Shown here in pieces: positions 1 through 14,113 of a stretch of DNA of 64,000 nucleotides (position 1 is its first letter; the number at the start of each line of letters is the position of its first letter). A program made the translations under genes and the position numbers. Origin of the DNA: Lama guanicoe (lineage: Eukaryota); contig MU054117.1 in NCBI GenBank assembly GCA_013239625.1, forward strand, positions 2,852,011 through 2,916,010, in the 5' to 3' direction. The notes below the pieces were generated by a model. The model worked only from the letters and a program-made list of their open reading frames with translations, was not told the origin of the DNA and did not search any database.

Positions 1-1254
1 GCCACCCCGGCAGCCTCCCGTCCCCTCCCCTTCCCTGCCCAGGAAACTGGTGGGCCGCGGGTGCTTAGAAAGGTAGGTTCCCTTGTGAAGGCTGACAGAG
101 CAGCTCAGGGAGTCATATAGGTTTTTCAGTTCTAGAAAAAAATATTGTAATCCACTTGATTTACTTCTCAGAAAACTCAAGGAGAGAACTGACCCTTCGT
201 CTCTTCCTCTGCCTGGGTACGTCCTCGAGCCTGGGTATCACAGACGGAGGGTCCTGGGCGCAGCCCGACACGCGGGGAGGAGCAGGCAGGGCTGTCGGGT
301 GACTGCCATCCCTGAGCACCCGCTCCGGGGGGCTGTATCCCGGCGCAGCTTGCAGGGTTGCCGGGGGCTTAGCGGCAATGCACTGGAGGGCCTCGCACGG
401 ACCTCGTGGGTGACGGGTGCCCAGCAAGCCGTCACTGTAGGTCCTTCCGGCTTCATGTTCTGCATTCTGCTCGCTCCTGGCCGCATGCTCCAAGCCTTTT
501 ATAGACGATGCTTGACTTCTCTGTTCCTGCGGCACCTCTCTGGGCTTGGAGGAATCACCCAGTCCTGGGACGGTACCCCTGATGGAGTCCCCCCCGCAAC
601 AGCCCCGGGGCTGTGAGAGCACGTCCTGCCCCTGAGGAGGAAGCTGCCTCCCTGCAGTCCTAACCAGTGCTCTGTGTCCTCCCTGCAGGACCGCAGGGTG
701 GGGGGGCTCCCCCTCACTGGGTGGCCTGTCTCCCCCATCTCCAGGCTGCCCATCCCAGTCCCTTCACCCTGTGCTGTGGTTTCAACCCCCTTCTCCCTGG
801 TCCTGCTTTGGCGTCCCTCTTGCAGAGGACCCAGCAGGGTGACCAGAAGGGCCCAGAGGCTGCCCTGCTCCAGTGCGGCTCCAGGCCCCACAGCGGTTGT
901 GGAGAATCTGAGCCACACATGGCTGCCAAGCCACACGTGGCTCCTAACCTGTGCTGGGCCCGTGGATGTCGTGAATTTTCATTCACATCCAGCCTCATGT
1001 TGTTAGATTCCATCCTTCCCTACAGACGGCTAGGACTCCCCAGGGTCATTGTCCCCTGCGCGGTGTCACCTGCGTTCTGATAGGAGCCCTGGGGGTGTGG
1101 GGACCCTCCTGCGGTCTGGCCCGGTCCAGCTGTGACTACAGGCAGGGAGCAGCTGTGAATCCATGTGATGACCGGCCCCCTCCCCGCCGGGAGGCCGTGG
1201 AGGTAAGGCCTCGTCGGGTGCCTGCGTGGGACTGCACATCCAATTCTGCTAGAT

Positions 1255-1320
1255 GAACTTGCCATCTGACCTTCTGTGCCTCCATTTCCTGCTCTGTGAA
1301 ATGGGGATAATAGTGGCAGA
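1255..1320 (+). mobile_element. MIR SINE fragment
   Basis: accttctgtgcctccatttcctgctctgtgaaatggggataatagt resembles the MIR core. Confidence 0.6.
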
Positions 1321-1368
1321 GACCACAGAAGGTCATTATGAGCAAGACAGAGTGACCGTCTGGAAAAC

Positions 1369-1540
1369 CACGGTGTGCTGCAGCCTCTTGTTAAATTTTC
1401 AGTAAATCCGTGGAATGGATGCAGGTGCTTTGGTGGCTTGAAATTGGCCACAGTGGGAGTATTTACACGGAGAAATCAGCAAATGCTACAAATCAGGGCT
1501 TCCTTCCTGGGCAGCGGGTTGTTAAGCGTCCGCCAGCGCC
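1369..1540. mobile_element. MER63-like hAT DNA transposon relic
   Basis: ttgaaattggccacagtgggagtatttacac...aaatcagcaaatgctacaaatcagggc resembles the recalled MER63 consensus. Confidence 0.55.
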
Positions 1541-4049
1541 TCCCTGTGGGCAGCAGGACTGCGCGCAGTGCACGGTGCGCGGTGTCAGCAGTTGCTGTTA
1601 TAGTTTTGGTCATTAACTTGACTAAAAACCTGTCAAAACAAGGGCCGAGATTAACCGGATATAATTGTTTTTAAGGAACCTGTACCAGCAGCTCCTGACG
1701 ATGCTTCCTCCTCTCCTCACTGCTCGAGAGGCGGTCCCTGAATAAGCTCAGAACTGGGTGCCATGCACCCGGCCCTACAGGTGCTGTCAGCCACCCCAGA
1801 GGCCCTGTCCTGGGTGCCTGGGAGTCAGCGGAGAACTTGGCAGACAAGGTCGTGCTCTTGTGATGCTCACAGCCTCAGGGAGGGGACAGACACAAAAGCC
1901 AGTGGACAAACAGCATCACTGTAGAATTCCAGACGGTGACAGCACTTTGGAAAAACAGGACAGAGAACTTGAGAGAACTGGGGGTCCCCTCTGGATGGGG
2001 CGGTTGCCAGGGTGGGCTGGGGCTGACTCACACTGCTACAGACCGGGCTTTTCCCCTCCGGGAGCCGGTTGTTAGACACGTAACAGCACGGACCTGAGGC
2101 GAGGAACCTGTTCGGAGCAGGGACCAGCGTGCTGAGAGTGGGGGAGAGGGTTTAACACGGAGAGCTGCCCCTCAAGTTTCCTGAGCTGGGAGACCCTTTC
2201 TGCCTGTCCTATGCCAGCTTCTGCTACGCCAGCGAGTGGGAATGAGCCCTGAAAGGATGTTCTGAATCCCTGAGCCTTGCCTTCTGCACGCTCGGTGGTT
2301 TCAGCCGCTCTGCCCAGTACCACTCTTCTTAATCCCCGCCAGGGCCGGGGGCGAGGCGGGGCTGGCATCAGGGAGGTTGATGAGCTCTGGACCCTGCCCG
2401 CCCCCCACCGCCCTGAGCTCTTGGTGGTGGTGCAACCTCTCCTCGTCCAGCCAACCAGCCTGCCAGCCATTGGACAGAGGATGGTTTTTCCCTAGCCTCG
2501 TCTGATTGCTTTCCTTGCATCACCCCAAGCCGTTGCCTGGTGTCCGCGGCCATCCCGCGGGTAATCGAGTCGTGATGCTATCCATTGGCAGACGAAGGAG
2601 ACAGGAGTGTCAGGGAGGTGGGTGACATGCTCGGTTGCACAGCAGGTCTAGATTCCGGCTGCATGCCTTGACTTCTCAAGCTCCACCTCTCTCGTTAGAC
2701 AAAAGGAACAGTAGGACCAGCCACACCAGTTCCGTGAAGATGACCGAGCTGAGGTCTGTGAACTCACCCTGCCTGCTGCTGTTCAGACTCCGGCGAGGTT
2801 TCACTCTCATAATTAGGACTAGTTTGAAGACACTTTGTCTCTGAACCCAATACCCTCTTTCCAAAACTGCTCATTCATCCAGCCATTCATTCGGTAAGGA
2901 GTTTTGAGTGTTCGTGAGGAGTCCAGGGCTCTGCCAGACCCTGGGGCTAGGAAGCTGAAGGAGACAACTGAGAGAAGGAGGTTAGAGGCTGGTGGGGGCC
3001 GGGGGTGTGTGTGGGGTCTGTGGCTTTGCTGTGATGCAGGTGGGGTTGGCATCGGGCGGCTCCAGTCTCAGAACGTGCTCCCTGTGGCCACACTCACGAC
3101 CCCCATGCCCACCCCTCTGTGGGACAGGGTCTGCTCTGGGGATCGGGGGGGGGCGTCTGAAATGGGGAGTCCATGAACTGGACTCTGTGGACTCAGCAGA
3201 CTCCGATGGACATGCTAGAGGCCCAGGGCAGATGGGGCTGAGCTGATTCATTGAAAAAAAAGGTCGAACAAATCACCGCGAATCAGAATGACCCTATTTC
3301 CATAATAACCACTCAAGACAAAAGGAAAAAAGGTCCCACTGAAAACAGCCCCCCCCCGAATCCGGGTGTCTCATTTGCGAGCTCACAGTGACTGGAGAAG
3401 GTCTCCCAGTTTCAAGTGTAGGGCATGTACTTACGATTAATTCTCCTGAAGTTTACAAGCCAGGGTCCTGTCGCAGCGAGCTGAACGCAATGTCATCATC
3501 CTTATGCAATAAAAACAGTGCTCCAGAGAGTGAACTCAGCGCCACCTTGAGAGATGCCACAGTCTGAGTGAGTGGGGTTCGGGCTGGGAGGTGCTGCAGC
3601 CTTAACATCGATCAGTGGCTAAGATCCCTGGAAGCGGTTTGACGTGGGGACAGTCTGCCGGTAGCTGTGTGTGGACACACAGGCCCTAGGATCACCCCGG
3701 GGCTGTTGCTGAGTTGCCATCAACCCCACCACAGGAGGAAGCATTTTGCAGACTGGGAACTTGCATCTGGGAGCATCAGTGGTTGCTAATGGTGACCATT
3801 GGAAACAGCAAGAATGTCCCTGCTGATTCATAGAAACAAAGTTGCCTCTTTTTCGAAAATCAGGACAGAGGAATTGCTGCAAATTAGCGTCAAACTGGAC
3901 ATGAAGGCACTGCTTCCTCATGAAGTCTGCCGTCTCCACCGGCCAACTTCGCAGAACGCCTGACACAGGCTCAGTGCAGATTTGGGGACACAAAGCATGT
4001 TGGAGTTCAAAGGATCTTAGGGACTTTTAGGTTCAATTGCTCTCCTTTT

Positions 4050-4160
4050 TTTTTTTTTACCCCAATGAGGAAACTGAGGGCCCAGAGGGGAGGAACTATT
4101 TGATGCAAGTTAGTTGTCAGATGGAATGAGAGACTAAATTGTCTGCCTCCAGGCCTCCAG
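4050..4160 (-). mobile_element. MIR SINE fragment
   Basis: atgaggaaactgagggcccagag is the MIR core in reverse orientation. Confidence 0.55.
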
Positions 4161-4492
4161 TGTACGGTTGTAAAGGTTGAGCACTGCACAACAGCACCTG
4201 CCCAAGGGAATGAAAGGGGTCTGATATCCAGGCCAGAGCTGAACTGAAGGGAGGTGTGCCTTCTTCCTTTCACAAAGGGCCCATCTACTCACCAAGCCAG
4301 GTGGGGACCTCGTCTGCCCCGAGAAATGTTTGGATGCAGAAGGGTGATGCAGAAGGAGGTCCAAACTGTTCAGCATTTTGTGGGGTTAATTGATTCCTTC
4401 TGCCTTTTTGTAGACAAAAACTGTGATTTGTTTCTATTCTGTGACCCACTGTATCTATGATTGGTCTGTCTGTCTAGTCTAATCTAATCTTA

Positions 4493-4552
<60 letters not shown>

Positions 4553-4560
4553 CCTACCTA
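4493..4560. repeat. Compound tetranucleotide microsatellite (TCTG)3(TCTA)12(CCTA)2
   Basis: Read directly from the sequence. Confidence 0.93.
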
Positions 4561-6169
4561 CCCTCTGTTATACCCACATTGATCAGGCTGTAGCAGCTAA
4601 TGGTTAGGAGGGTTAGTATGGAGAACAGGGGTGGCATTCACTTACTCTGTGGAGGGGGGACACCCAAGGAATGTTCTGTACATCCCTGCCTGTCAGACTG
4701 GGCTGTAGGTTCTAGACCACCTCTGCCTCCTGCAGTCCTACTGGAGTCCTGTCCATAGAACCATCATGGGGGAGCCTTGTCCTAGGCACCCAGGGTGGGG
4801 ATCGTGGGGCTCCAGAGACAGGAGAAGACATTCTCCTGGACGTCAGGAGGAGGAACCGACTCCTAGCCCTGTAGGCACATGCAGTCGTTAGGGCAGAGCT
4901 TTCAAGGGAGGTGCAAAGAGGAAGAAAAGGGAGACCATTAAAAAACCCGAAAATGTTGACGAAAATAAGACAGAGCAGGCTTTGCACACAAACTATGAGG
5001 CAGGTGGATCAGGCATATATCTGCCTGTCCTTTTCTAGGACAAGAATTAAGTCAGGCACTGTGTTTGCATTTTCCAAAATCCTGTGCTCCATCCCCTTGT
5101 GGATGCTCCTGATGCATCCTGGGTCCTGCTCTCGCTTGGGTTCCTGCCCTTGGGTCTAGAAGCCCCCGAGGAGCAGAGCTTGGTCACCCCCCTCCCCTTC
5201 CAAGCCTGTTGGTGGAGGCTAGCCCTTCCCCCGCTTCCTTCCCAGGGAAGGGCTCGTGCAGTCAGCAGCAGGGCCACACGAGCCGGGAGTGATCAGGGAC
5301 AAGGTACATTGGCCAAATGACTCCTTGCAGAGGGGCCTTATCTGATTAAGCTTTGGTTAAACAGCACGCACGGAGAGCACACGGTCCTCAGACACTGCTG
5401 ATGGGCCTGCCGTCACCAGCACATCCACTGTGAAGACATGGAGTCCAGCGGGTGACCTGCATGCCCTTTGCCACCTAGGAGCCTCCCGCCCACGTTCATT
5501 TGGCATGACACTCAGATTCGGGACAGACGTGGTGTTTGGTTCTATTTTGTCTGTTTACCCCCGAGTACAGGGCATTGTTTAGTTTTCCCAGAAAAGCTCA
5601 GGTGTCGTGTGGTTTTTCAGAAGATGGTGCAGAATGAGTTTCAGGGCACAGATGTGTGGAAGTAACCTTTCAGGGGAAATGTTCTGATGGAACCAGCCAA
5701 CCAGTGCGTCACCCTGTCTGTTGCATGGCGGCGTCTGAGATTGCATTGGCTCTGATCTTTACAGCAATGACTGCAAAACAGGACTCCAAAGCATGTGCAC
5801 GTCTGTGCCTAGTGATCAAAAACTCAACTAAGATGCTTCTCTTGCCCCAGAGGGATGGGACGGTCTTGGACGGGACCTGGGAACAGACACCACTTTGAGC
5901 AGGCCCTCTGTCCCAATCTCACCCCATTTACCTCTTCTTCAGGCGGTCCACAAGGAGAGGGTGTCAGATAATGTTTGCCTGATGTAGAGCCCCGGCTGCG
6001 AGCCTGCCTTTTACATGTGTTGTTTCCTTTAGCAGGACAACCACCTGCGGAGTAGATAACCCTTTCCCCGGCTGTCCTCTGGGGAGTTGGAGTTGGGTTA
6101 GGTCAGGTAACCTGGGGAGAGTCATGCAGCTAATAACAAGAAGATCTAGCCCTTCAACCCAGGTTTCTT

Positions 6170-6822
6170 TTTTTCTTGTTAATTTATTATTTTTTTGATT
6201 GAAGTATAGTCAGTTACAATGTGTCAATTTTTGGTGTACAGCATAATGTCCCAGTCATATATATATATACACACACATATATTTGTTTTCATATTCTTTC
6301 CATGAAAGGTTCTTATAAGATATTGAATATAGTTCCCTATGCTACACAGAAGAAATTTGTTTTTTATATATTTTTGTATATAGTCGTTAACATTTGTAAA
6401 TCTCAAACTCTCAAATTTCTCTCTTCCCACCCCTTCCCTCCAGTAACCGTAAGATTATTTACGACATCGGCAAGTCTGTTTCTGTTTTGATGAGTTCATT
6501 AGTGTCTTCTTTTTTAAGTTTTTAGATTCCACATATGAGTGATCTCATATGGTATTTTTTTCTCTTTCTGGCTTACTTCACTTAGAATGACAATCTCCAG
6601 GTCCATCTGGGTTGCTGCAATGGCATTACTTTATCATTTTTATGGCTGAGTAGTATTCCATTGTATAAACATATAAACACACCACACCTTCTTTATCCAG
6701 TCATCTGTTGATGGACATTTAGGTTGCTTCCATGTCTTGGCTATTGTACGTAGTGCTGCTATGAACATTGGGGTGCATGTACCTTTTTGAATTAGAGTTC
6801 CTTCCGGATATATGCCCAGGAG
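6170..6822 (-). mobile_element. 5'-truncated L1 (ORF2 end plus 3'UTR), antisense, with a 17-bp target-site duplication
   Basis: Typical L1 text (tttatggctgagtagtattccattgt, ccagtcatctgttgatggacatttaggttgcttcc) with a T-rich tail on the left. Flanks are ttcaacccaggtttctt (6153-6169) and ttcaaccctggtttctt (6823-6839). Confidence 0.9.
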
Positions 6823-7269
6823 TTCAACCCTGGTTTCTTGAGTGCACAGCCCACACCAGCCAGGTTGCCTTTCCCTCCAGCACTAGATGGGCACCCCCTG
6901 GGGCTGAGCCTGGCCTGAGGAGATGCAAGGGCAGCAGAGGCGGCCTCCCTGGCTTCTCTGGTCTGAATCGTCACAGTAGCCTTATTGGGGTGGGGGAGGT
7001 TGATAAAAGCGTGAGAGTGTAGCTTATCAGACTGGGCTCTGTTTCCGTGTCATCATTTAACCTCCTCTCTAAGCCTCACTTCCCTTAAAGGTTCTGGATG
7101 AAGCACGTTTGCCTCAAAGACTTGCTGGGAGAATCCCACGACAGGGTGCCTGTCACGGGCTTAGCGCGGTCCCAGGCCGGTCACTGGTCAGTGCATCTTA
7201 GGGGGAAAACTTGCAAGGAGTTCTCGACTCTCTTAGTTTGAATGAAGGGAGAGGTATGTCCCATCCTAG

Positions 7270-7584
<315 letters not shown>

Positions 7585-8076
7585 TGAGGACTTCAGAGGG
7601 GGCTGGGGCTAGAGGGTCACCGCTTCCAGACCCCTCTCTTGAAATCAGACCTGCTCCCGGGGACACGGTGACTGTCCCCAGGTCCCCACGTCTAGCTGCC
7701 ACAGTTTGCTTAGGTCTCGCTTTGGCCTCTGGGGCTCTAATTGACACCCACTCTCTGTTGTCCAAAGTCTAATCTGGTCAGCAAGTACCAGGGACCTGCC
7801 GGATTGCCAGGGAGCCCAGTGTGCTTTCCACCTTGGCTTCTCCAGGCTAAAAAGTCAAAACATCTTCCACTGGGCCTACCTCTGCCCCCCCAACTTGTTC
7901 TGTTGACCCCCACCTCAGTCCCTTGAATTTTTTCTTGTACCGAAATGAAAACCGAGCGTCCCAGCCCAGCCCTCACCCCGGCCGCGTGGCAGCCTGCTGC
8001 ATGAGAAGTGTTGGCAAGGGGGTGCCTGTCTGGTGACTCTATGTGCAGTTCAAAATGTGATGTCTTTGTCAGGTGA

Positions 8077-8592
<516 letters not shown>

Positions 8593-10594
8593 TAAGGTGG
8601 CCGAGGTTAGATGAGCGTGTTGTGAAGCCTGCCAGCCCTGGGTTCCAGTCCTATGGGGGAACCGTGAGCAAATTAAACACCACTGCACCTCGGCTCCAGA
8701 CAACATTCCCCACCCTCTAGACTTGCCTCGAGGATTAGGTAGGAGGATGTGATCAGGGGACAGGGCAGTTCTTGGCGCTGCATGCACCAGCCTGGGTCTA
8801 GTCTCCGAGCTGTCACCGAGCCCCTTCCTGCTCGCGGCTTTGGCAACTGAGCTGACTGCTGAGCTTGGTGGCCTCCAGTGGCTCATTTGGGACAGATGTG
8901 CTCTCGTGGCAGATCTCACCAGCTCAACAGCGAACATTGATCAAATGCATATGTAAGTAGGACATATTTCACCCTGGAGCTGGGTTGTAAGGCTGCTTTT
9001 GGAGTTCTTGCCGTAACTGTATAAATCGCGTTTGGAGGAGAACCTTCAGGCACATTCTTTGTTCTCATGCGTACTAAATATTTATTGAGCTCCGACCCTC
9101 TGCACAGCTCTTTCAGGAACTTCCTCACGGTTTAAAAGCAAACATACCTCACCCTTCTCCTTGCACGGGATCCTGCTCAGGAGCCCTGGGCTCATGCACC
9201 TTGTGATGTGGACTGGGCTGGTCCTGATGGGCTCAGGTGCTGGCCTAGGTCTGGACAGCATGTGACAGAGTCTTGCCCCCACCGTTTTGCAATTTTTGTG
9301 CATCCTGGGAAAGAAAAAAAATTAAAAGTCACCCCCACTTTTCCTTGTGGAATGCTTGCTCTGCAGTGTCTGTCAATACCTACCCCCTGCAAACCCCAAA
9401 AACATAAATCAAATACACCTTTAAAATTTATTTAAAATATTCTTAAGTTTTCCATTTAAACATTTTTTTTAAAGATCTGTTTTTGTTTTTACTAAAGGAA
9501 GCAAGCCCATTTAGAAATCTGTTTTAAATAAACACACTTTGGTTTCTCTGCGTTCTAAATCAAAAGTAAAAGCAAAATTTAAAAAAAAAAAAGAAAAGTA
9601 AATGCAGAAAGGTTGGCTGGTTGCTATGGGAACATTTGTAAGCAAATTTCAGTTGGCTGAAGAACCAGCTGAAAAAGAAACGTCTTACAGCGGAGCAGGA
9701 GACAGAGACACGCTGGGTCCCTTTCAGAAAGGAAATTGTTAGGAAAACACTGTCTTCTCTCCTTCCCCACCCACTCCTCCTCTCCTCTCCCTTCCTCCCT
9801 CCCCCTCCTCTCCCCTCCTCCCTTTTGTCAACTGCACAAGAATGTGTGAAATACAGAATCTGCCCTCAGTTTGCTCATCAACTACTAAAGAACACTTAGA
9901 GAGACCTGGTTGGCATGTTCGAGGCTCACAGCAGCGAATTTTGTTGCGTGAATGAATGAATGAGAAAATTGATGAAGAAACAGAAGTAAACCAGCAGAGG
10001 AACATGCCAGGTGCAGGGTTTAACCCTGAGACAGGAGCAGTCGTTAAAAAGATTTTTTTTTTTACTCTGGAGATTTCTAGAATTTCAAAATTGGAAAAAA
10101 ATTGGGAGATACCCTACTTGATTTTTCACCCAGTACGTGGATGTGCAGCCTGCTGAGTCAGAGGTTGGGCACCAGCTTCCCAGCTGATGAGACGATGACA
10201 AGTGGCCCCTGGTGTAGAGTCAGCCGGGGGTGGGGGGGTGGGTGTTGAAGGGCAGGACTTTGCCGAGGGCTCAGAAGCTGTCCATGGTTCCTCCTCCGCC
10301 ACCTCCCCGACATCTATTTTCTGGTTCTAGCCTGTTTTATACAAGGAACTGACTTTGATCTAAAAGCCTATAATGTATGAAACTAGGTACACACCTTCCT
10401 TTGTGTCTAGAGGAGAAACTGTTGGTGGCATGTGTGGCACATGCTCTGTTGTCCTCCCAGGCAGCTTCACCAGCTCTAGCAGAGAAACTCGCGTTGCTGG
10501 GAGCAGGGTGGGGAGGGAGGATGCTGCCACAAGTTCCCTCCAGTGAAGAGTGAGACCTGTTTTCTGGGATTTCATGTTCCTGCTTTCGTTTTCA

Positions 10595-10935
10595 GGTTTA
10601 TTGTTTCCTCCGATGTATCCATTCTGCTCACAAGCTCATTGAAAGAATTATTCGTCTTCAATATTGTGATTTTCATTTCCAGCGTTTCCACTGGCTCTTT
10701 CTTATAGCTTGCATCTCACAGATGAAATTCTCCACCTGTTCATATTGTTTCTCCACTAGATTCTTTAAAATATTTGTTACAGGTACTTTAATGTCTCTGT
10801 TGGATAATGCCAGCATCTGAGCTCTGAGTCTGGTTCTACTGACTACTTTTTTCTTCTGATGAGGGTCATGTTTTCCTTTCTTTTCCTTGTGTCTTGTAAT
10901 TTTTTAATGAATGCTGGATACTGTGAGTAATGCTG
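10595..10935 (-). mobile_element. Old L1M-type fragment, antisense
   Basis: T-rich degenerate text typical of ancient L1 5'/ORF1 regions; subfamily not assignable by eye. Confidence 0.5.
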
Positions 10936-11649
10936 AACTGTAGAGGCAGATGATTGATCCGTGCTCAGAAAGGAGCATGCCCTTTCCTCTGCCAGGCTTT
11001 TAAGGCAGAGATTCTGGCCCATCTCGTCTGTAGTTACAGTAGGTCCTGGCTTTGCTGTTGCTATTGTTACATCCATCACACGATGGTGTGGTCCTTTTCA
11101 AGAGTTTGTTTTAATCCACACACTAAATTTCATAGGTCCTTTTGATGTTATTTTTTAACCCCCAGAATACTAATAATATTTCCTGGTGTATGATGACCCT
11201 CACCCCCAATTCACTGATTCAGTGGACAAGACAGAATTGCAGCAGAAGATTAATACCCTCCATGTGCCTCCTCTCCCATCTCTGCTCTACTTATGGTAAA
11301 GAAGCTAGTGGGAAATGAATGGTCAGCAGAAAGGAGCAAAAAAAATCTAATGTTCTGAAAGTGGGGCAGTCTAGCTGGGGAGATAAGACGTGAATTAACC
11401 CCTGAGAAGGTAACTAAAACACCAGGCTTCATGAAGCAGTGCAGGCATTCAATGTTTGGGAATAAATTTCAGTTAAAAAAGCATCACCCATGGACCTATG
11501 TTATGCCAGATGTTCTAAATAGGCGCTGAGGGAACAGAAGGAGAGGTCCCGTGGTTGGGAGAGGATGGGAAGCTTCCACAATGGCCATGAGACGTTAAGC
11601 TCCCCATGTGAAAGCCAGACTGAAAGGGGCTTTAAGGGCCGTGTAGACC

Positions 11650-11812
11650 AAGGGCTTCCAGACCCTGGCTGGAATTGCCTGTATAGATTTGAAAATCCCA
11701 GCTTCCTGGGTTCCTCAGATCTGGAGATTCTGATTCAGTAGGTCTGGTTGTGGTCCAGGAATCTGCATTTTTCAAAGTGTCCCTGCTGATCCTGGAACAC
11801 AGAACCACTGAA
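11650..11812. mobile_element. MER5-like hAT-Charlie relic
   Basis: gagattctgattcagtaggtctgg...ccaggaatctgcatttttcaaag. Confidence 0.7.
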
Positions 11813-11984
11813 CCAAACTCCTCACTGTACAAACAAGCCAGAGAGAAGGGGACTGATCTGCTGAGGTCACATCGCCTGGGGGGTAGCAAAGCCAGTGCCC
11901 AGACCACGTAAGGACAGCATCTGTGCTGTCCCAGAGTTTCCCACGTGCCAGGCCCTGCCCTGTGTACCTTCCGTGTATCTTCAC

Positions 11985-12150
11985 ATGTAACCCCACAACA
12001 GCCCTACAGAGTCACTGTGATTATCATCATCTCCACTTTAAAGAAGCAGCAGCCAGCTCTTTGAGAGGGTGAAAGCTTGCCTAAGGTTGCTCAGCAAATG
12101 AGCAGCAAAGCCCAGGTTTGAAGCCCAAAGCTCAGGACTTTAGCCATTAC
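11985..12150 (-). mobile_element. MIR SINE fragment
   Basis: cacaacagccct...attatcatcatctccacttta...cttgcctaaggttgctcagc...ccaggtttgaagccca. Confidence 0.6.
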
Positions 12151-13611
12151 ACACATAGACTCTTAGATACTTGCCCAACCCTTGCCCTGAACCTTAATTT
12201 AAGGCAGAGCCAAGAGGGAAAGAGCAGATGCGTGGCTGCAGACCTCTTGAGGAAGAGTTTTAAACAAAAGCGGTGTGTTTGGGGGCACGTTTTATCGGGG
12301 GGAGCACACATAGCTAGTTCCAGATTCTAGAAGGGGGTCTTCTCCAAAGCACGTACTGTTGCCACCAAACGTAGGCAGGCTCAGCTGGGAATTTGGCACC
12401 AGCCTTGGGTATACAATGGGATCTGATTGGCATCTCATCCCACAGCCAGGATTTCACAAGCGCTCACCCCCTGGGAGGTGAGTATTTTCTCGGCCTCTTC
12501 TTCCTGAGGAAGGTCTTTGTATGCCTTAGAAAAGAATCGGAGTGGAAGGAGCACAATGTTCCCTGACCATTCACACCTCTCTCCTCACACTCTCCTCTCC
12601 TAAACCCACACGGGAACCCAAGGTTCCGAAGGTACCATTTGTTTAGTGAACATTAAAAACAAAAAACTTAATGCTCTAAGATTTTAGAGAAAAGCATCTC
12701 TATTTCAATGCATTTTAAGCCCCTCTGAATGAACAGACAAGTGAGATTCAGCTGCCCAGTGACTGAAGACTCTGCTCAGTCACCATCTGCATTGCGGGGA
12801 GAGGAAACGGCATTGAGAGCTGCTGTCACAGCTGGGTCTGCACAGCCGAAGGGTTAGGGCACAGCTGGGTTTGAGCCCTTGCTCCAGGGTTTCCCTGCCG
12901 TGGGGTATTGGGCCAGATACTGTGTGTGGGTCGGGTGCCAGCTTCTGCGGGCCCCCGTTTTCTCATCTGGCATATACAAGCATCCTCCTGGGGTCGCTGG
13001 GTAGAGCAAATGAAGGCTCTGGCCTGGGCTAGGTGATCAGTGAGTGACAGCAATGATTACCATCAGTTAAAAGGTGGTCTTGGACCATCAGATTTGCATT
13101 CGTTCATTCACCAACCCTGCACCCTGAATGGGTCCCCCTCTTAAATCTTATGAACAGTTCCAAGAGGCCAAGGAGCACTGCTGGGATGCTTCGTGCCCCT
13201 CCCCCGGGGGTATGTCTTACAGGATGGATCCTTAGTGAGAACATCATGGTGCCTGAGAAAGGCAAAGCCTCTCCTGGCCCCCTCCCCCAACTCCCCCGCC
13301 AGCCTTGCGTTTTGCAGTAGAGAAAGCGGAGGTTCAGAGAGGTTAGCAGGTTTGCCTGAGAGCCGACCAGTAAGTGGTGGTGCTGAGAATCCAGCTACAG
13401 CCTGTTTCACTGAAAGCCCGTGTTCCTTTCGGCTGCATGAAAGTTTCCGCTGGCAGGGATGGGAGGAGGGAGAGAGATAAGCGTGGGGAACGGCTGGAGC
13501 AAAGGTACCGAAATAGAAATGTGGACAGCAGGGAAGAGAGTTCGTAGGAGACTCTGAGGCTCAGAGAGGGGGCTGGAGAGGAGGTACGGAAGAGGCAGAA
13601 ATTTGACTAGT

Positions 13612-13720
13612 ACAGTTCTAACCCTGGCCCTGCGGCATTCTAGCTGTGTGCCCTTGGGGAAGTTTCTCAGCCTCTCTGAGCTTTACGTTTCCTAACCATA
13701 AACCATGTACAAATGAGACG
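13612..13720 (+). mobile_element. MIR SINE fragment
   Basis: tagctgtgtgcccttggggaagtttctcagcctctctgagcttta. Confidence 0.6.
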
Positions 13721-13765
13721 GTGTGGCTGAGCCTGTAGCAGGTTGCGAACCTCTCCAGCAGGTGA

Positions 13766-14113
<348 letters not shown>

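Noticed and set aside
5360..5380. REST/NRSE-like motif aacagcacgcacggagagcac (also a partial match near 25733-25748)
   Set aside because: The spacing is off by one and the left half-site is degenerate; the second match lacks the right half-site
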